A stretch of 64,000 nucleotides of DNA from Nitrospirae bacterium YQR-1 (GTDB taxonomy: Bacteria > Nitrospirota > Thermodesulfovibrionia > Thermodesulfovibrionales > Magnetobacteriaceae). Position numbers and translations under genes: made by a program. The stretch is taken from contig JAMOBJ010000002.1 of the NCBI GenBank assembly GCA_039908095.1, forward strand, positions 23,331 through 87,330, written 5' to 3'. Under the pieces are notes generated by a model, which made no database searches, had not been told where the DNA came from, and saw nothing but the letters and a program-made list of their open reading frames with translations. Positions 58,694 through 64,000 of this stretch are shown in pieces. Every line of letters starts with the position of its first letter. Positions within the stretch are counted from its first letter, which is position 1.

Positions 58694-58706
58694 CAGCCGG
58701 ATGCTG
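58694..58706 (+). promoter_or_regulatory. Leader hairpin CAGC-cGGAt-GCTG (candidate CsrA site), copy 1
   Basis: Stem extendable to GGCAGC/GCTGTC. 44 nt before ATG 58738, which is preceded by AAGGAGG. Confidence 0.45.
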
Positions 58707-58737
58707 TCAGAATTGGTGAAATTACAAGGAGGTTGAC

Positions 58738-58800
58738 ATGACTTTAATAACTGCAGCAACAATAATAATTCTCCATCACAAACTTATCAACGATACATAA
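58738..58800 (+). pseudogene. 20-codon ORF MTLITAATIIILHHKLINDT, apparently a decayed flagellin 5' end
   Basis: It has the same hairpin-SD-ATG leader layout as both flagellins. The nucleotide string ATGAC-TTTAATAAC..GCAACAATAATAATTCTCCATCACA resembles ATGGCATTTGTAATAAAC..ACAAACATAATGTCCCTCAATTCACA. Confidence 0.35.
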
Positions 58801-58891
58801 CCGCTGTCAGCTTAATTTATTTAAGATTATAAATTAAGTATATAGACGGTGTTGTATCAGAACCGTTAAGTGCAATTACTATTAAAACTAG

Positions 58892-58904
58892 TAGCCGGAT
58901 GCTA
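58892..58904 (+). promoter_or_regulatory. Leader hairpin TAGC-cGGAt-GCTA (candidate CsrA site), copy 2
   Basis: Stem extendable to 8 bp (CTAGTAGC/GCTATTAG). 43 nt before ATG 58935. SD GGAGG at 58924-58928. Confidence 0.45.
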
Positions 58905-58934
58905 TTAGACTAAAACGACACATGGAGGTTTATC

Positions 58935-59945
58935 ATGGCATTTGTAATAAACACAAACATAATGTCCCTCAATTCACAGCGTAACTTAAGAAGAACCCAG
59001 ACTCCGCTTGCTGATGCAATGGCAAGATTATCATCAGGATACAGGATAAACTCAGCAAAGGATGACGCAGCAGGGCTTGCAATATCGACAAGAATGACCA
59101 CTCAGATAAGAGGTCTGACTGTGTCGGTAAGAAATGCCAACGACGGTATGTCAATGGTGCAGACTGCTGAGGGCGCAATGGATGAAATCACCCAGAACCT
59201 TCAGAGAATTCGTGAACTTGGCGTGCAGGCAATGAGCGGGCAGTACGGAGTAACCGATATATCGTACATGCAAAAGGAAGTAAATGCCCTTATTGAGGAG
59301 ATAGGGAGAATTTCAGAGCAAACTAAATTTAATGACAAAAGGCTGCTTGCCGGGGGCTTTGATCAACGGCTCCATACAAGCTATGCCGCCAGTGACGCCC
59401 AGATAAGGGTTACAATCGGTTCTATGAACACGGATGCCCTGGGTGGCCCGATTTTTACGCCTACCGGTAAAAATGGTACAACCGTATTCTTAAAAGATAT
59501 CCATACTGCTACAACGAGCGGAATAGACGGCATAGGGGATGGCTCATTTGTAAGTGGTGCAGGGTATCCGCCTAACTGGAGTTTTGAAGCTAAATCCACA
59601 ATCACTTTTACCGGAACAACGGCTTTTCAGGTGGCGGATTCAACCAGTGTGACAGGGTTTAGGTCCCAAGCGTCAAATGCTATCGCTGCAGTTGATGCGG
59701 CATTGAATTATGTTACAAGCTCAAAAGCCAGCATGGGTGCAAGAGCAAACCAGTTTGAAGCGTCTATAAGAAACATAGACAACGTAATAGAGACAACTCA
59801 GGGGTCGAAGTCCAGAATTATTGACGCCGACTTTGCTAATGAAACAGCAAACCTTACTAAGTCTATGATTCTACAACAGTCCGGCATATCGGTTTTGGCT
59901 CAGGCCAACTCGGCTCCGCAAAATGTGCTCTCACTGTTGAGATAG
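58935..59945 (+). CDS. Flagellin (336 aa)
   Basis: MAFVINTNIMSLNSQRNL..RLSSGYRINSAKDDAAGLAI.. N-terminus and ..ILQQSGISVLAQANSAPQNVLSLLR C-terminus. Confidence 0.95.
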   Translation: MAFVINTNIMSLNSQRNLRRTQTPLADAMARLSSGYRINSAKDDAAGLAISTRMTTQIRGLTVSVRNANDGMSMVQTAEGAMDEITQNLQRIRELGVQAMSGQYGVTDISYMQKEVNALIEEIGRISEQTKFNDKRLLAGGFDQRLHTSYAASDAQIRVTIGSMNTDALGGPIFTPTGKNGTTVFLKDIHTATTSGIDGIGDGSFVSGAGYPPNWSFEAKSTITFTGTTAFQVADSTSVTGFRSQASNAIAAVDAALNYVTSSKASMGARANQFEASIRNIDNVIETTQGSKSRIIDADFANETANLTKSMILQQSGISVLAQANSAPQNVLSLLR

Positions 59946-60084
59946 AAAAATACTGATAAAGCAGGAGGATAACAGAATTGGGTTGTAATCCCAATAAGTT
60001 GAATTATTGAAATATTTGGAGGTGTATGAGATGTAGAATTAGTGTTTATAGTATTAGGACATATTGACTTGTAGATTAACCGAA

Positions 60085-60097
60085 TAGCTGGATGCTA
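60085..60097 (+). promoter_or_regulatory. Leader hairpin TAGC-tGGAt-GCTA (candidate CsrA site), copy 3
   Basis: Stem extendable to 7 bp. 40 nt before ATG 60125. SD GGAGG at 60114-60118. Confidence 0.45.
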
Positions 60098-60124
60098 TTT
60101 AAAAAAGACGCAAGGAGGTTTACC

Positions 60125-61135
60125 ATGGCATTTGTAATAAATACAAACATAATGTCTCTTAATTCTCAACGTAATTTGAGAAGAACACAAACTCCGTTGC
60201 AGGATGCAATGGCAAGATTATCATCAGGATACAGGATAAACTCAGCAAAGGATGATGCAGCAGGGCTTGCAATAGCAACAAGAATGACTTCACAGGTCAG
60301 AGGCTTGACCGTGTCGGTAAGAAACGCCAACGATGGTATGTCAATGGTGCAGACTGCCGAGGGTGCAATGGATGAAATCACTCAAAACCTACAGCGAATT
60401 CGTGAGCTTGGCGTGCAGGCAATGAGCGGGCAGTATGGCGTAACCGATATATCGTACATGCAAAAGGAAGTAAATTCACTTGTAGAGGAAATAGGGAGAA
60501 TATCGGAGCAGACCAAGTTCAATGACAAGAGGCTGCTTGCCGGTGCTTTTGATCAACGAATCCATACAAGCTATGCAGCCAGTGACGCCCAGATAAGGGT
60601 TGCAGTCGGCTCAATGAACACAGATGCCCTGGGTGGCCCGATATTTACTCCAACCGGTAAAAATGGAGCAATCGTTTACTTAAAAGATATTCACACCGCT
60701 ACCACAAGCGGAGTAAATGGTATAGGGGATGCCAGCTTTGTAAGCGGTGCAGGATATCCGCCTAACTGGAGTTTTGAGGCTAAAAGCAGTATTACCTATA
60801 CCGGTATAGCATCGTTTCAGGTAGCAGATTCAACCAGCGTTACCGGATTCAGATCGCAAGCCTCAAATGCTATTGCTGCGATTGATGCAGCTTTAAATTT
60901 TGTAACCAGTTCAAAATCAGACATGGGAGCTAAGGCTAACCAGTTTGAAGCATCTATCAGAAACATAGACAACGTAATAGAGACAACTCAGGGGTCAAAG
61001 TCCAGAATTATGGATGCCGACTTTGCCTCCGAAACAGCAAACCTTACTAAGTCTATGATTCTACAACAGTCCGGCATTTCGGTTTTGGCTCAGGCCAATT
61101 CGGCCCCGCAAAACGTACTTGCCCTGTTGAGATAA
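60125..61135 (+). CDS. Flagellin paralog (336 aa)
   Basis: Same length as the first copy and roughly 90% identical by eye. ATG 60125 follows AAGGAGG. The track ORF starts 33 nt earlier. Confidence 0.95.
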   Translation: MAFVINTNIMSLNSQRNLRRTQTPLQDAMARLSSGYRINSAKDDAAGLAIATRMTSQVRGLTVSVRNANDGMSMVQTAEGAMDEITQNLQRIRELGVQAMSGQYGVTDISYMQKEVNSLVEEIGRISEQTKFNDKRLLAGAFDQRIHTSYAASDAQIRVAVGSMNTDALGGPIFTPTGKNGAIVYLKDIHTATTSGVNGIGDASFVSGAGYPPNWSFEAKSSITYTGIASFQVADSTSVTGFRSQASNAIAAIDAALNFVTSSKSDMGAKANQFEASIRNIDNVIETTQGSKSRIMDADFASETANLTKSMILQQSGISVLAQANSAPQNVLALLR

Positions 61136-61150
61136 AATTTCGTATACTCC

Positions 61151-61183
61151 GGGGAGGAAGGGTGCTTCCTCCCCCTTTTTTTT
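61151..61183 (+). terminator. Rho-independent terminator after the second flagellin
   Basis: GGGGAGGAAG-ggtg-CTTCCTCCCC followed by a T8 run. Confidence 0.85.
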
Positions 61184-61263
61184 GTCATTCCCTTGAAAAA
61201 GGGAATCCATATCCTTATTATAGAGGAAAAAAGAAGTGGATTCCCAATCAAGTTGGGAATGAC
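61184..61263. repeat. Pair of inverted REP-like palindromes (GTCATTCCC-N8-GGGAATCC ... GGATTCCC-N9-GGGAATGAC)
   Basis: 61184-61208 and 61238-61263 are each hairpins and are mutually inverted. They are related to 19524-19548 and 46381-46407. Confidence 0.6.
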
Positions 61264-61330
61264 AAATAAAGAAAAGACTTTAAAAACAAACACATGGAGG
61301 GAGTCTCTTAGAAGGAGTTAATATAATAAT

Positions 61331-62413
61331 ATGGACATACAGTACCTTGCGGGCATACCGCTGCAACTTCTTATTGCCTTTATTGTGGATTTGCTTATAG
61401 GCGACCCCAGGTGGTTTCCACACCCTGTAAAAGCAATAGGCCTTTTGATTGAAAAATCAGAGACAAGCCTCAGGAAACTTACAAGCACAAAAGGCGGAGA
61501 GCTTTTTTGCGGAGCAGTCATGGTTATCGCCGTTGTTTCTGTAACATATGTTTTTTTTTATTTTATAAATTATTACACAAACAAGGTTTTTGGCAATGTG
61601 TTTATAGTAGGCGGCAGGTTTGCACTGTCAGACATAATTATCGGCATTATTGGTTCATTTTCAATAGCCTACTGCGGGCTCAGAGACTCTGTGGTCCTGG
61701 TATATAAACTGTTACAAAGCGGTGATACAGAAGGCTCACGAAAGGCTCTGAGCTCAATTGTCGGTCGTGATACGCATCAGATGGAACAGCCGGCAATTAT
61801 AAAGGCAGCGATAGAGAGTCTTTCGGAGAACTTATCGGACGGAGTAATTGCACCAATGTTTTATTTTGCCATTGGAGGCCTGCCACTGGCTTTTGCCTAT
61901 AAGGCGATAAACACTATAGACTCGATGGTTGGATATAAAAACACAAAATATTTATATTTTGGCAAAACAGGGGCAAAACTTGATGATATAACAAACTTTA
62001 TCCCATCACGTTTGACGGCTTTTTTAATAGTTGCCGGCACTCTTGCTTTAAAATTTATATCTATGTTATACTATTCGGTAATTTATGTAATTATAAGAAA
62101 AGGGGACACAGACAGAGCAAAGCGCCTGTCAGTTTATAAAAGCATTATGGTGTTGGTAAGAGACGGTGGTAAGCATCCGAGCCCAAATGCGGGAAGGCCT
62201 GAGGCGGCGATGGCCGGTGCTCTGGGCATAGCATTGGGGGGAGCTTCATACTACAGCGGTATTTTGGTAAATAAGTCTGTCATAGGTGACGATGGAGGAG
62301 CTGTTGATTTGGTCAAAATAGCAGATGCTTTGCAAATTACATCATTTGCGGCGGCAGCCGGCTTTGCCTTGATGCCGGCATTATCAATTTTTGTGAGGGT
62401 ACCGGTATTTTAG
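61331..62413 (+). CDS. cbiB: Adenosylcobinamide-phosphate synthase CbiB/CobD
   Basis: LLIGDPRWFPHPVKAIG, SENLSDGVIAPMFYFAIGG, KLDDITNFIPSRLTA motifs. Confidence 0.9.
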   Translation: MDIQYLAGIPLQLLIAFIVDLLIGDPRWFPHPVKAIGLLIEKSETSLRKLTSTKGGELFCGAVMVIAVVSVTYVFFYFINYYTNKVFGNVFIVGGRFALSDIIIGIIGSFSIAYCGLRDSVVLVYKLLQSGDTEGSRKALSSIVGRDTHQMEQPAIIKAAIESLSENLSDGVIAPMFYFAIGGLPLAFAYKAINTIDSMVGYKNTKYLYFGKTGAKLDDITNFIPSRLTAFLIVAGTLALKFISMLYYSVIYVIIRKGDTDRAKRLSVYKSIMVLVRDGGKHPSPNAGRPEAAMAGALGIALGGASYYSGILVNKSVIGDDGGAVDLVKIADALQITSFAAAAGFALMPALSIFVRVPVF

Positions 62414-63711
62414 TGTTAAAGAAGGTATTTTTATTCATCTCGTCGTTTTTTGCTGTTGCAACAGCACTGTTTTGCGGCAATGTATATGCTGTTGAGGGGA
62501 CTTCCAAGGAGCAGTCCCATATAGACTCCCTCTCCGGTAATGTTTTTACAGACAACAACGATAATTTCAATGTAATACTCGTAGATAAAACCACAAGCAC
62601 TCTCTATTCGGTAACTGTTAAAGATACCGTTCCATACATCGTAAAAGACTACAAGGTAATAACAGGTGAAAATAATGGTTCAAAAGTAAGAGAAGGGGAT
62701 TTGAAAACCCCTGAGGGTTTCTATTTCATAACAAAGTATATACCACCGGAGAAGCTGGACCGCAAGCTGTTTGGTGACGGCGCTTTAACGCTTAATTACC
62801 CCAACATAGTGGACAAAAACATGGGACGCACCGGGCACGGCATCTGGATTCACGGTATGGGCGAGGAGAGAAACGATAACAAGACCAAGGGTTGTGTTGC
62901 TCTACAAAACAAAGACTTTGAACATCTGAAGACCTTTCTTATATTAGGAACGCCTGTGATTATTTCCGAACATCTTCATTTCCTTAACATAGAAGAGTAT
63001 AAGAAAAAGAAAAAGAAATATATGGATATATTCAAAAAATTTATAACCAGTTGGGAGAAGGGTGATTATGAGGGGTTTGCCAGTTTCTTTGATACTAAGT
63101 TCAAAGGGGAGTCAAACGGAACCGCACAGAGATATTTAGCTGAAAAAAAGAAACTTATGCAGGTCTATCCCAACAGAAAAGTGGTAACCTCGGATATAAA
63201 CATTTTCACTGAGAATTCCAATGCTCTTATGTATAAGTTCAATCAGCTCTACTGTGCCGACAATGTGCTTTCTTACGGCACAAAACTTCTGTACCTGACA
63301 GGGGGCGGTGGCAGCGATGAATTTAAGGTAATAGCCGAGGAATTTAACAAGATGGATGTTGAACCTATAGTGTCTAAGCATGTTTCAACCATAGTATCTA
63401 AATGGAGAGCGGCATGGCAGTCAAAGGATATCGAAAAGTACATAAGCCATTATTCCCCGGCTTTTTCATCTGACGGGATGAATGTTAAACAATGGAAGGC
63501 TTATAAGAAGGGATTATTTAAGGCTTCAAAAAGTTTGAAAGTTAATGCTAAGGATATAAAATTTAAAGTTGTCTCTGGAAAGCGCATAGAGGTAAGTTTC
63601 ACACAGGAGTACACCTCAGATACGGTTTCAGACAAAGGCATAAAGACACTGGTGTTGTACGGCTGTCCGGGTGACTATAAGATAGTTGAAGAGAGTTGGA
63701 GACATCTGTAA
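62413..63711 (+). CDS. L,D-transpeptidase (YkuD domain) with two C-terminal SnoaL/DUF4440-like domains
   Basis: GDLKTPEGFYFIT, HGIWIHG, TKGCVALQN catalytic motif, signal peptide. The stop TAA 63709-63711 overlaps the first base of a MITE. Confidence 0.85.
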   Translation: MLKKVFLFISSFFAVATALFCGNVYAVEGTSKEQSHIDSLSGNVFTDNNDNFNVILVDKTTSTLYSVTVKDTVPYIVKDYKVITGENNGSKVREGDLKTPEGFYFITKYIPPEKLDRKLFGDGALTLNYPNIVDKNMGRTGHGIWIHGMGEERNDNKTKGCVALQNKDFEHLKTFLILGTPVIISEHLHFLNIEEYKKKKKKYMDIFKKFITSWEKGDYEGFASFFDTKFKGESNGTAQRYLAEKKKLMQVYPNRKVVTSDINIFTENSNALMYKFNQLYCADNVLSYGTKLLYLTGGGGSDEFKVIAEEFNKMDVEPIVSKHVSTIVSKWRAAWQSKDIEKYISHYSPAFSSDGMNVKQWKAYKKGLFKASKSLKVNAKDIKFKVVSGKRIEVSFTQEYTSDTVSDKGIKTLVLYGCPGDYKIVEESWRHL

Positions 63712-63836
63712 TACCAAGTTGCATTCATTCGATTAACTTTGTTGGCTTCGTCGAAAGCTCCTTGACGTACGAGCATAGTACGCCTGTGTCGCTTTCTTCT
63801 TGCCGCCTCGTTACTCTTTTGACTGTAACTTGGTAT
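63711..63836 (+). mobile_element. MITE-like element, full copy with a different central cassette (126 bp)
   Basis: Termini are as in the other copies. The core is replaced by CGTAC-gagcata-GTACG (63766-63782). Confidence 0.8.
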
Positions 63837-63909
63837 AAGTTTTTTGTGGTTAAATTTCTAAATACGGCAAGCTGTGTACTTTTAGAAGAAATCGCAAAGG
63901 AGGCCGCCT

Positions 63910-64000
63910 TTGAAAATCAGTGATGACCATATAACCACCGGAGTGGATGTGCAAAATGTGCTTGATATCTTTAAAGGACAGTGGATTTGCAAACTGCCAC
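63910..64000 (+). CDS. 5' end of an unidentified ORF running off the window
   Basis: GGAGG 63899-63903 lies 6 nt before TTG 63910. Open to the window end (LKISDDHITTGVDVQNVLDIFKGQWICKLP). Function not recognisable. Confidence 0.35.
   Translation, partial: MKISDDHITTGVDVQNVLDIFKGQWICKLP

Noticed and set aside
58864-60097. Dedicated sigma54 or sigma28 promoters immediately upstream of each flagellin, reading GCCGGATGC or CTGGATGCTATTT as -10 or -24/-12 elements.
   Set aside because: Spacing to any TAAA-like -35 is wrong (22 nt), and the -12 GC is missing for sigma54. The conserved block is better explained as the NGGAU hairpin.

Overview
This is a chromosomal segment of a diderm bacterium, mid-40s %GC by eye. 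It has no rRNA, CRISPR array, intact IS or prophage. I support about 48 protein genes and 2 tRNAs.

**Housekeeping:** htrA-like (partial), mnmG-rsmG, dnaB-rplI, gap-pgk, fdhD, manC, uvrA-family, glycerate kinase, the leuS-lptE-holA block and cbiB.

**Signalling:** one hybrid histidine kinase (HK), three further HKs or HK-like proteins, a single-domain response regulator (RR), and an RR-PP2C phosphatase.

**Envelope:** a thioester alpha-2-macroglobulin, a lytic transglycosylase, an L,D-transpeptidase, a 1180-aa double-GT2 glycosyltransferase and a GT-C-like membrane protein.

**Motility:** two tandem flagellins.

**Most interesting observations**
1. An operon encoding an orphan MreB-like actin homolog, a degenerate receiver and a MinD/FlhG-like ATPase sits behind a near-consensus sigma28 (FliA) promoter.
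2. The flagellin locus carries a sigma28-like promoter, a GGA-rich leader, and three covarying NGGAU hairpins, each paired with a GGAGG Shine-Dalgarno. This is the CsrA-type architecture. One of the three precedes a decayed flagellin 5' relic.
3. A near-perfect sigma54 promoter drives an acidic four-EF-hand protein next to that locus.
4. A non-canonical NRAMP (DPGN->DAGG, MPH->TPW) is coupled to a stand-alone MgtE-N/CBS protein.
5. A five-gene signalling operon embeds a ComA-type phosphosulfolactate synthase.
6. An unusually dense MITE-like family (13 loci, ATACCAAG...CTTGGTAT ends) has a swappable hairpin core and rewrites several gene 3' ends. There is also a second 110-bp repeat family and a recurrent GGATTTCGGG motif abutting promoters.

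All promoter, motif and domain calls come from reading the sequence by eye. No searches were run.
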